Shown piece after piece: positions 48,344-59,800 of a stretch of DNA of 64,000 bases (the first letter of the stretch is position 1; the number at the start of each line of letters is the position of its first letter). The translations under genes and the position numbers were made by a program. The DNA lies in assembly GCA_043803685.1 (NCBI GenBank), contig JAZDJU010000072.1, forward strand, positions 1-64,000, given 5' to 3'. The DNA is from Candidatus Omnitrophota bacterium (GTDB lineage: Bacteria > Omnitrophota > Omnitrophia > Omnitrophales > Aquincolibacteriaceae). The notes below the pieces were generated by a model that saw nothing but the letters and a program-made list of their open reading frames with translations, had not been told where the DNA came from and searched no databases.

Positions 48344-48354
48344 ATTTGTTCGAC

Positions 48355-49761
48355 TTACATCCCAGGCTTCATCTCGATCGAAGGCGCTTCCGGTCCTTTG
48401 CTCCCGAAGGCCCGCGGAAAAATATCATCCCAGTGGGCGGTCAGGCTGATCGTGAATGCCTGGGAATAAGAGTAGTAGTCCCCGTCGACCGAGGAATTAA
48501 GGAGCGCCGCGTTCTCCCCGATGCTGTTATTGATGCTCCTCGTGAAATAGAACGAATTGTAATAGCAGATGTCCGCGGTCAGGTATTTATTGATCTCGTA
48601 GCCCGCGCCGAGGCTGATCGCCAGGTGATTCGAGTCAGGGACGGCGGGGATGAACGATTTGTTGGGAATGGGGGTCCAATAGAACCAGCTTCCCCCGCGT
48701 AGCGTCAGCTTCTTGGTCAGTTTATGACTGACGCCGAGCTGGATCCCGAAGCTGTCTCGATAGTCCTTGTCCGCGGAGCGGATGTTGTTCAGGATGGTGT
48801 CATCCCTCACATTTCCGGACGGGTCTGCCACGAAATACTGGCGTTTATAGAGCGACCAATGAGACCATGTGAAATCCGCCTCGTAGTGGGTCTTTTCCGT
48901 GGGCTGATACGCGTAGGCCCAGGTCATGTTCATCGGAAGCGTGACCTTGGTATGAACACCGGTTTCATAATTCCGGAGTCCCAGACCGCCGAAGGCCGCG
49001 GGGACATTGGAATTCTCCACCTTCGCCAAGCCGCTCGTTTTCACGATCACCGGGCTTCGGAAATAATAACCCAAACGGTGCTTCGGAGTGAGCTTGATCA
49101 AGGTGCCCAATTGCCATCCCCAGTGGTTTCCCGAGGTATTGATCCGGATCTGTCCGTCAGGGCTTGTGACGCCGAACGGGGCGGTAATGAGATTGTTCGG
49201 ATAGCCCTGAACCCCGCCGAAATCCGTGATCCGGTACCACACCGGTCCGGCGCCGACGGAGATCTTGTCGGTGACCTTGTAGGCGATCGTGGGCTTGATC
49301 GAGAACATCTTCAGATAATTGTTCCAACCCGCGTAATGCACCGCCGGATCATTCGAATTGTACTTGGTCATCATTCCAAAGGGCGAATCAAAGCCGACGC
49401 CGAGACCCAAGCGGTCGCAGAACATTTTCCCGGGATTGACGGTCATATAGCCGGTGGGAACCAGGTTGAGCGTTCCGGAGCTGTGGGTGTCGCCCGTCCT
49501 GTTGTTATCTTTGTATGTGATCAGGCTGATGAAATTCGCGTTTGTCTGGAACTGCACGCCCGGGAGGTCCGCGATGCCGGCCGGGTTATACGAAATGGCC
49601 GCGGGTTCGTCTGGTGAGGCCGTTCCTGCGCCGCCCAAAGCTAGCTGTTTGGCGCTGAACGAGGCGTTCTCATAACCGCCGGAACCGACGGCGAAAGCAG
49701 AAGAGGGGGCGAGAGAAATAAAGGCGATCAGGATCGCGATCGACAGGATCTTTTTCAGCAT
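48355..49761 (-). CDS. FadL/OmpP1-family outer-membrane transporter
   Basis: Signal peptide, LALGGAG.A..D..A..YNPAG, PFG, W..WS, PD. Confidence 0.88.
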   Translation of the reverse strand: MLKKILSIAILIAFISLAPSSAFAVGSGGYENASFSAKQLALGGAGTASPDEPAAISYNPAGIADLPGVQFQTNANFISLITYKDNNRTGDTHSSGTLNLVPTGYMTVNPGKMFCDRLGLGVGFDSPFGMMTKYNSNDPAVHYAGWNNYLKMFSIKPTIAYKVTDKISVGAGPVWYRITDFGGVQGYPNNLITAPFGVTSPDGQIRINTSGNHWGWQLGTLIKLTPKHRLGYYFRSPVIVKTSGLAKVENSNVPAAFGGLGLRNYETGVHTKVTLPMNMTWAYAYQPTEKTHYEADFTWSHWSLYKRQYFVADPSGNVRDDTILNNIRSADKDYRDSFGIQLGVSHKLTKKLTLRGGSWFYWTPIPNKSFIPAVPDSNHLAISLGAGYEINKYLTADICYYNSFYFTRSINNSIGENAALLNSSVDGDYYSYSQAFTISLTAHWDDIFPRAFGSKGPEAPSIEMKPGM

Positions 49762-50024
49762 GAGCGAACACTCCTTCGTTAGGGTGCAGAGTCTGCGTCT
49801 CTTTAAAAATGTTCTTGATGGATCTTTTACGGAAGAAAACAGCTCGTAACTTGTGTTGTATTATCGAGTTGGGCGCGTGTTTTCTTCAGCGTTTATTTGG
49901 TGTTTTGAAGAGATAATCTCAAAAAATGATAAACGATGCTAGTTAATGCTATATCGAAATTCTAGATGCCTTGTTCTTATCAAAATAAGGTGTTAGTTTT
50001 TTATCAGAAAAGGGAGTTTACGCG

Positions 50025-50231
50025 ATGTCTTCAGAAGAACTTGAATTTCGACTCTCGCAGATCCGGGACAAAAAAGTCGCCACCGAGATCCGTCGTTTTC
50101 TTTTGAACCTTTTCCTTCTTTTTGACGGCACACCTCCGCCGCATATTCAAACCTACATCGCCGAGATCATGGAACTCGTGGAAGCACGCCGGGTTCCCGA
50201 ACGCATACGCGTCGCTCTCAATCCGATGTAG
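50025..50231 (+). CDS. 68-aa hypothetical protein
   Basis: AAGGGAG RBS and ATG; no recognised motif. Confidence 0.5.
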   Translation: MSSEELEFRLSQIRDKKVATEIRRFLLNLFLLFDGTPPPHIQTYIAEIMELVEARRVPERIRVALNPM

Positions 50232-50249
50232 GATGCGGCGGCGGGCCGG

Positions 50250-50378
50250 CCGTCATAAATACCGCGCCACGATCCACGTTGCACGGGCCACAAATACCGC
50301 ACCACGCGCTACGTTCCACGAGCCACGTACCACGAATCCCGCATTCTTCGAAGTACTCCGTACGCCGTACACCTTCCG
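50250..50378. repeat. Bipartite heptamer array: CCACG-core units then CTCCGTA-like units
   Basis: cacgatc cacgttg cacgggc ... cacgcgc tacgttc cacgagc cacgtac cacgaat ... gtactcc gtacgcc gtacacc. Confidence 0.85.
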
Positions 50379-50609
50379 CGGTCCGCTATACACCCCTACT
50401 ATTGATAGACTCTTAACGCTTTACGAACGATTCCGCAGAAATATTCCGCTTCTTCCCGTTCTCATTTCCTTCGCGCGGAGTTAGGCTCCTGTCAGCCCAA
50501 ACTTATCATTGATTTCCAAGAGGGTAGTTTGGACGGCCCCATCCCGCTTCCGGCGGGATGATGAGTATTGGGACCGCTCGTTTTAAAAAAAGTTCTGAAG
50601 GAGGAAGCC

Positions 50610-50855
50610 ATGGAGCATGTCACGGAAACACCCAAGATCTCGCCGCAAGATCCGATGTCGAATGGTACCTGGGTCCAGATCACCTTCATCCTTGATCCTG
50701 AACTCTACCAGATCCTTTGGGAACGCGCTGAGGAGGAACATCGGACCCTTTCTTGCCTCGCCCGCGAAGCCGTTATCCATTTTTTGAAAAGAACAAACAT
50801 TCCGCATTTAGCCAGAAAAACCTCTGTCGCGAAAAATTCTGAGGACCTTCTATGA
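50610..50855 (+). CDS. Small ribbon-helix-helix-like protein; its stop overlaps the giant gene start
   Basis: QITFILDPELYQIL..RA.EEHRTLS..AREAV..FL; GAAGGAGG RBS; ATGA overlap at 50852-50855. Confidence 0.65.
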   Translation: MEHVTETPKISPQDPMSNGTWVQITFILDPELYQILWERAEEEHRTLSCLAREAVIHFLKRTNIPHLARKTSVAKNSEDLL

Positions 50856-53800
50856 ACTTTAACTGTTCTTGCCCGCACAAATTTACTGCACTATTTGTCG
50901 CTTTTGTTTTTGGTTGGAACCAGATCCTTTGGGCGGGGGAGATCCTTCCGAAGGATTATGTCGTTCCTTCGACGCAGCTTTTCGCGACAACGCCCGTGAC
51001 AGGAACGATCCAGGCGATCACAACGCCGCCGGTCAAGACTTTCACAACGACAGACTTTTTATCAAATGAACAGGGGCCTTTGTCACCTTCCACTCCCGCC
51101 GCCAACGATATCACTCACTATGATTACGAGCGTTATGATTTTCAGGATGCGCTTGATCTTCTGAGGCCGGAGTTCTCAACCGCGGTGATCGTGAAAAAGA
51201 TCACGGTTGAAGACCTGAGAAAGCTCGCGGAGCTTCCATTCGAAACCGGTGTGATCGTACTTCATGGGGAGATCGTTCTCTTTACTTCCGGGGGTAAAAG
51301 CGAACTCGGGATCCTTTCGGCCGCCAGTCAGTTGATTAAAAAAGCCACTTTTGTTTCGCATACGCATACCGGAGGATCCTTGGTGACGGGACCTTCCGAA
51401 TTCGATCTCGCTCATGCGGGGGATCAAGAGTATGTGATCACTGAGGAAGGTGTTTATGCCTACGATCGCACAGGGCTTCTTAACAATGGGGACGTCTGCT
51501 CCTATGGCACCTACATTGAAAAACTCAATTGGGCTGTTAAAAATGCCATGCCCGAAAAGGATCAGGTCGAAGCCCGGAAAGACCTGAACGCCTTTATCGC
51601 CGATCAGGATCTCTATAACGCTTCTTCCGACCGTAAAGTGTTTCGTTCGGCAGAACCCCCTGCGGTATCAGGAACGACTTATTCAGCGAGCGCGATCACG
51701 GCGTTATCATCGACTCCTTTAGCTAGCGCTAGTTTGAAGACGACATTGCCAGGGCAGAGTGCCAACGGGACGAACAATTTCGTGCAGTATGATTCGACGA
51801 AGTTCTCATTTGAATACAGTCTGCCTGTGGAGCCGGAGACGGTGATTGATGCGGACAGTGAGAATGATGATTTTGCGGTGGGACAGATCTCGTGGGGTTA
51901 TTTCAACAGTTCGAATGTCTTTGTGGGGAGCGGAGCTAATGTGGGGAGTCCGTTAGTGATGGCACTAAGGGCGGATCACGTGATGCGAGCGAAGGTAGAG
52001 GTGGTGGACACGACGGGAGCGAAGGCGCAGTTTTGGGCGGATCTTTCAACGGGTTACCAGAATTTTAGTTTTGATGTCAGCGGGTTGAACGAGTCGAGTA
52101 TCGCGTCGGTGACCGTGGTGTCGGATGTGGCACATGGTGGGACGAGCGGTAAGATTTACGTGATCACGAATGGTCTGAGTTATACGCCAGTGGTGGCGGG
52201 GACGACGTATTCGGCGAGTGCGATTACAACGCTACCTTGGGCTCCTGCAGCAACTTCCAGCCTTGGTACGACCTCTGCTGGGCAGAGTGCCAACGGGACG
52301 AACAATTTTGTGCAGTATGATTCGACGAAGTATTCCTTTCAATACAGTCTGCCTGTGGAGCCGGAGACGGTGATTGATGCGGACAGTGAGAATGATGATT
52401 TTGCGGTGGGACAGATCTCGTGGGGCTATTTCGATAGTTCGAACGTGTTTCAGGGGACGGCTGGGAATGTGGGGAGTCCATTGCTGATGGCGTTAAGGGC
52501 GGATCACGTGATGCGAGTAAAGGTGGAGGTGGTGGATACGACAGGTGCGAAATCCCAGTTTTGGGCAGATCTTTCAACGGGGTACCAGAATTACAGTTTT
52601 GATATCAGCGCGTTGAATGAATCGAGCATTGCCTCTGTGAGCGTGGTGTCAGATGTGGAGCATGGCGGAACCGCAGGGAAAATTTACGTAATAACGAATG
52701 CCCTGAGTTACACGCCTGTGGTGGCGGGGACTGTCTACAATCTTGCCAACATTTCGAGGTTTTTCGCGAGTCCGGTGGTGGGATCAAGTCACGGGACGAC
52801 AGTAGCCTCAGACACAGCGACGGTGACAGCGACGCAGACGAGTTCGACGATGTTTAATGTGAATTCCCAGGTGAATGTGGCTGGGGAATACACAACGAGT
52901 ACGATCGGATGGGGCTCATTTAATAGTTCGAACGTGTTTGTGGGGACCGGGGAGACTTTAGCGAATACCGTGATGTTTGCGTTGAACGGGACCGCCGGGA
53001 AGAAGTTGAAGGTGGAGTTTGTTAACACATCGGGGGTGAAGAAGTCGTTCTGGGTGACGCCTGCTACGACGCATCAGAATTATGCATTTGATATTACGGG
53101 GCTTGGGACGGTTGGGATGATCAATTTCGTGAGTAGCGAGGTGGGGACGACGGCGTACACGGTGGAGACGAAGGGGTTGGCTTTTACTCCGCCTGTCCAA
53201 TATTTTTACGACAGTGCCGGCAATCTTATCCAGAAGATCGTCAGTACCTATTATGACAACAAAAAACCTGCCACGGTCGATGACTACCGGTATTCCAACG
53301 GGCTTCAGACCTTTCTATATCAAACGACATACGATTCGGCTGGCCTGAAGACTTCTTATAAATCGACTACGTATCATACCGACGGGAAAACGGTCAAAAT
53401 ATTCACGGCCTATTTCTTCAGCGCAGGTGTTAAAACAGGCTATAACCAGGCCACTTTTAGTGCTGCGGGCGTGAAGACTCAGGATAGCGCTGTGACGTAT
53501 TATCCGAACGGTACGACGGTGAAGACTTCCGAAAGCCGTCCCTTTGTGAACGGTGTGCCCACGAATTATTATCAAATCCAATACGATTCTTCAGGATTAA
53601 TGATCGGAAGCAGCTCAACAGCCTATTACCCGGACGGAAGAACGGTAAAGTCATCTCAGGAAGATTATTATGAAGTAGGAGTTCGGACAAGTAAGAAAAG
53701 TTCCTCATATACGATAAGTGGAGTGAAGACCCAGGATTGGAATGTCACATATGACTCGAATGGCACCACGGTTAAGACGATCGATGACATTCGATATGGG

Positions 53801-56800
53801 AATAACCTTCGGACCTATTTGTACCAGACGGTCAACGATTTCGCCGGCGTAAAGACCCATTATATTATGACGACTTATCATCCGGATGGTCAGACGGCCA
53901 AGGTGGTTAAGGATGAGTATTACGCAGGGGCGGTCAGAGCGGGCTACAACCAGGCGACCTACAGTACCACGGGTGTGAAAACGCAAGATAGTGCGGTGAC
54001 GTATTATCCGAATGGTACGACCATGAAGACTTCCGAAAGCCGTCCTTTTGTAAATGGTGTACCCACGAATTATTATCAGATCCAATATGACCCTGCCGGA
54101 CTAAAGACCGGAAGCACTTCAACAGCTTATTATTCAGATGGAAAGACGGTCAAGTCATTTCAGGAAGATTTTTATGAGAATGGTGTCAGAACACGAAAAT
54201 ATTGTACAGATTACAATACTGCGGGTTTGCGGACGCATCTGCTGATCCAGGTCTATTACACGGATGGAAAGACAAAAACCTCAGACGATTACGATTACAC
54301 CGGATCGCGTCTTATTAAACGCATCTTAAAGGAATATAGCTCGGCCGGGATTGAAACCAGTAGCTTAACGGAAAATTATCCCCCGCAGATTCTCACGAAC
54401 ACGAGCGGATACGCTGTGCGTTACACGGCGGACGGAAATAGTTACGAAGAAACGATCTCTCTTACGGAAGGTTTGAACGCGGTCCAGAAGACAGTGAATG
54501 GTTATAACGGAACACCGGTTCTGATCGAATGGAAGATCACGCTGGACACCGTACCACCCGAGATCCTTTTCACTTCACCTTCGGTCACCAACCAAAAAAA
54601 TTACACTTTGACCTATACCGCCGACGGTATCGCCAAGACGAAAGTTTTTGCAGATCTCGAGGAAGGAGTCAACGCGCTTTCTATTGCGGAGGTTGATCCG
54701 TCTGGCAATCAAACCATTGCGAATTGGAATGTGACGGTAGATACGATCGCCCCAATCGGTGCGATCACCATCAATGGAGGAGCTTTGTACACGTCCTCAA
54801 AAGAAGTAGCGTTAGATCTTTCGGGGGCTGATACGGGGTCAGGCGTGAACCAAATGAGATTTACTATTGATAGCGGGACAACTTGGACGGCTTGGGAGTC
54901 ATTCGCTGCAACAAAGGGGCTGACGCTTGCGGGTGCGGACGGGGATAAAGTCATCCAATATCAGCTTCGGGATCAAGTTGGAAATCTTAGTCAGGTTTAT
55001 TCTGATTCCATCGCGCTGAAGACAATCCCTGTCATTCAATTTACGTCCGCGACAGCGGTTACAAATTCCGAGTATTTACTGACCTATACGGTCAACGGGA
55101 CGGCTCAATCGGAGCGTTGGCAGCTTTCTGCGGGCGTGAATCCGATTTTAGTTCGAGTCCCGGGAGATTTTTCCACTTTCGTGAGACTTGACGTCACGCT
55201 CAATCAACCCGATATGACCCTTCCTGCGATGCCTGTTCTACCGACGCTTCCGGAGGGTCTCATTAGCGTGACGGCTCAAAACGGGCTTATCATAAAATAT
55301 GACGGGAGCACGATCGTTTCCGTCGAAAATCCAGGAGAATATCAGCTATATCTTCCTCAGTTTGACGTGAACGGTACGCTCACGGATGGAGTGTTTCAGT
55401 TTTCAAATGGCGATAAACTTCTTTATCAAAACTCCAAGCCGGTTCTTAAGATAACGAGTTCGGGAGAGAAAACCCTTTATGGCAGCACGGGAATCGTAAA
55501 TTCCGTGATCGAACCAGATGGGAGTCGGATTTGGTTCAGTTACAGGGTGGACGATCAGGGCCAAGTTCTTTCGGTTCTGTCCCGAGATGCTTCTGCAACG
55601 AGCTTGTATGAAGGAGGCATCCCCTCCCGGATCCTGATGCAAGACGGTTCCGATATCCGTTATGAAGACGGTCTTTTGAGCAGTTATCGCGACGCAACCG
55701 GCAATCTCTATCAATACCAGATCGTGGAATTGCGGTCTTCCGGCACGATCACCGGTTACCGATCCATTTTGTCCGATGTCACGCCTGCGGGGAGCGCTTC
55801 CCCGATCCCGTTTTCCGCGATCTCGGCGGATCTTTCTCAATACCCGGCTATTCAAAGTACCCTGGGTAACAAGATCTCGACTGAGATCGATTATGACGCG
55901 AACTCGAAAATGACAAAGTTCATTTCGGGAAAAGGAGAGGTTCTTACGCTTCATAATCAACTGCCCGAGTATCTCACGGACTCGTCCGGTAATCTGAAAC
56001 TCTTTGAAAGCACAGTGAATTCCGCAGGAACTCTTTCTTCGGTGGCTCTGACACAAAATAGTGTTCCTTCACAGGTTTTTGATGCCAGTGGGAATATCCG
56101 TTCCATTGCTTTGAGCGACGGAACGGTGTTTCAGGTTACGGATCACAAACTCGGGGCAGTCACGCTCTCCGACGGTAGCGTTCTGACCGATCTAAGGTGG
56201 AATGCTTCGACCCAGATCATGACGGATTATGTGAGAACGTACACGGACGGGACAAAGTCCATTTACGCCAATTCCCACATGGTCCGCAAGGAAGAGCCTA
56301 ATGGAAACATTACGAGCTATATTGATCTGAACGGGGTCGATCAGCCGGATCTTATGACGACGGCCGATGGCCGGACGTATCACTTTATTACTTTCCAGAA
56401 CGCGCAAGGGCTTTGGGACCGGAAGACCGAACTTGTAAAAATGACACTTTCGGATGGCAGCCGTGTCGAGTTCGAGAATGGGAAACCTGTGCGTTATATC
56501 AAGAGCGAGCAGGTCCAACTCGACCCCCTTAGTGTTCCAATGCTTTCTTCTGATCGTTCCTATGTCGCTTCGGTAATCCTGTCGAACGCGGAATTGCGTT
56601 CTCTGACGATCGACTCCGCGGGAACGATTCTTTCAGGGGAGATTCTTTTTAATGACGGAACGCAATATTTCATCGAAAACGGCGCTCTTGTCAAACAGAT
56701 CACGGCAGATGGGAAAATCGTAGAGGTAGAGACCACGGTCCCTCTTTCTTTTGAGAAGTCCATGCCGGTCAAACCGGAACCGCTTACTCCGGCTGAGGTC

Positions 56801-59800
56801 GATTACCGGAACGAATTGATTGATGCGCAGTTCCGTTATTTCACAGATCCGTTGGGGATCGATGCCGACAGCGGGATGCCGGTCGATCATTATTTAAGTG
56901 ACACTCATCAGCAATCGAGCTACAGCCAGGCGACGCTCGTAGGCTTTTGGGCGGAGATCCTGGCGACTATTGCGAGAGGAGATTACGCGCCTTCTTCGCT
57001 CGGCAGGGCCCAGGCTTTTCAAAAACTCGAATCGCTTCTCGCCGAACTCCAGAAAGTCCAGTCCCAGGCCGGATGGAACGGGATGTTCTCATTTTTTGGG
57101 ATCTCGAAACAGACACAGCCTGTTTACGATCAAAGCGGAAATCAGACCGGGACGAAACTTGTTGTGAGCTATAGCCGGCAGTTTGACAATATTGGCATTG
57201 GCGATAACCTCAATCTTTCGGTGAGTCTCGCGAGTGTTGTGGGCGCTTTGTCGGGAATAACACTTGAGGATCCGACGCTCAGTTCCCAAAGGGACGCGAT
57301 CGTTACACGCATTCATTCGATCCTCTCTCTTCAAGATGCCGGGTACGCGAAATTTTACGATACCTCGGCCAATCAGTTTTATAGTGTCCGCAAATTTGAT
57401 TCAAATGGGGACTCTGCTTTTGATAGTGGGCATATGGATCGTGTGTTCAACGAGTTCTTACCGGGACTTGTGTGGCTCGCGGCCCGTAATCCGAGTTACA
57501 AACCTGCGCTAGATAATCTGGACGTGACGATCCGGCCCTATACAACGCGGGACGGTACGAGGATCGAAAACGCCGTGCCTTTTGACGGCGGAGCTTTTCA
57601 GATGTTTTGGCCGCTTATGCACGTCGACGAAACGAAGTATCCCGAGTTTAACGTTGCGCTTAGCAACTTTCTTTATTCTCAGGCGGAATTTGTCAGTCAG
57701 AACGGTATCCCCGGTCTTCTTTCGGCAGGTGACGATCCCGGGAATGGTTATAACGGGAAGATCGGATTAACGTCAGCTTCCGAGACGGATGACCCTCTAT
57801 CGACAAGTGTTGGCTCTCTCTATGGAACAGCGGGTGCATTTTTGCTAGCGCCCCATTACACGCTTCAATTTTTAAAGAATATCGAGGCGAAATTCCCCGG
57901 GGTCCGGACGAACTCGGGGCTTGTGGATTCCATAGCGCTGAGAAACGGACAGGCTGTTTATTCCAAGCAAGCCTTTGGCGTTGATCAAGCGTCGTTCATT
58001 CTTTCACTGCTTGGAACCAGCCAGAATTATTTCACACAATATCTCCGTCAAAAGGGCTTAGAGGATCAGTTTGATGCTCTTTATAAGGGGATGAGTTTTA
58101 ATCTCGCGCCTGCAATCGCTCAAAATCCACCGCCGCCGAATTTCGATCTTTCTACCCCGGCTCTTTACAGTGGGATCCATCAACAGCCGGATGGTCTGGC
58201 AAATGCGCTTACCAAACGTAGTTCTTTTATTCCCATGATCGTGGATCCCGAGCTTGGGGAGGGGCGCATCTATGATTATCTGGACCCAGAGGGGAATTTT
58301 CATCATACCGAGATCGAATTCGGAACAGGAAGAGATCTCAAAAAGATGCCTCTTGCTCAATATTTGCTTCTTCCGGGGCGGGGCGATATGTCGCGCTTGC
58401 TTTTTAGCGCGGTCAGTTTGGATCTGTTGAATGAAGCGACGACTCAGGGTGCTTTCTACACGCCTTCCTATGGATATGCGAACAGTTCCCTCGCAACAGA
58501 TCCCATCGGAGAGGTGCGTCATATCGATTTTAATCTTCAGAGGATCTCGTCCCCGGTCGGACTTTATGCGACCTACAATAACCGAGATCTGTCGCAGTAC
58601 GATTACATTTCGGTTCCGGTACGCCTCGGTTCTAATGCTCCGGAAGGGGTAAGCCTCAAATTTGAGTTTGCGGGGATGGGAGAAGTTTTTGTGACGGGAG
58701 CACTGACTCGGGATTGGCAGTATGTACAGATTCCGGTGAGCAAACCCGCAGGCCTTTTGCAGAAGATCGCCGTCGTCATTCAATCACCGGATGGTAAGGC
58801 CGTGAGTGGGGATGTTTATCTTGGGCCGTTGAGCGCTTTCAAAGTCCGGACTTCGAACCAGATGGACTGGCAGGCCATGCTCGGGAAAAGTGATTCTGAG
58901 ATCCGGAGTTTTCTCAAAAGTAAAATATCGCGTCAATCCACAGGCGGGGGCGTCATGGAAGCGGATGAGGTTCTCGAGGATTTCAAGCTGGATTCCGATG
59001 GGAAGCTTGTGGACGGAGTGTTAAAGCGGGCTGACGGAAGTATTCAGTATTTCCGTAATGGGCAGCTTATGAAGTGGGTTTTTCGAAATGGCAGGACCGT
59101 CCTTTTTGAAAAGGGTCTCGCGACGTTCATTCTGGATCTGGCGCAGGGCAAGCTTCAAGAGGGGCGTTTTTATTACGACAGTACCTTCCGTGGCGAGATC
59201 CAGTCCTTCGTGATGCAGGATAACGACAGCAAAAAGATCTATGGATCTGATGGAAAGCTTCAGACTGTGGTCAAGAATGGATGGATCACCCATTTCAAGG
59301 ATGGCAAGATCGATTCGATCGCGCTTTCGGAATCCACGCTGACGCGACTTGTTTTTGCGGAAGATCAAAGTTTGCTGCGGGCTCACGTCAAAATGAACGA
59401 TGGACGTGAGTTCGACATTGATCAGGGAGGGGAACAGGCTGTTGTAAGACCCAACGGAGCCAAGGTCTACTACAAGGGATCCCGGATCGTGGGAATTGAG
59501 ACTTCCCAGAACGGGAGAACGGACTTTACCTACGCGACAAATTCAAGCGGACAACTGACGGGTGTTACCGCGTCCTTTCATGAAACGGTGATGGATAGCC
59601 TGGGTCATTCAAGTATCGCGTTGCGGACGATGTCACTTTTTGAATATCTTTTGCGGCCGGAGCGTAGTTTGGAGAAGCAGGAGATCCTCAGGGAACCGCC
59701 CCAGCAGATCCTTCCGATTGCTAATATCGCAGGATTTAGCGTGGGGTATCTTCCAAGCGGTGAGATCACCAACGGTCAAAAATTTTATCAAGACGGGGTT

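Noticed and set aside
51672..54140. Near-identical repeats as a diversity-generating retroelement template/variable pair
   Set aside because: Both copies are in-frame coding, the differences are not adenine-specific, and no reverse transcriptase is present
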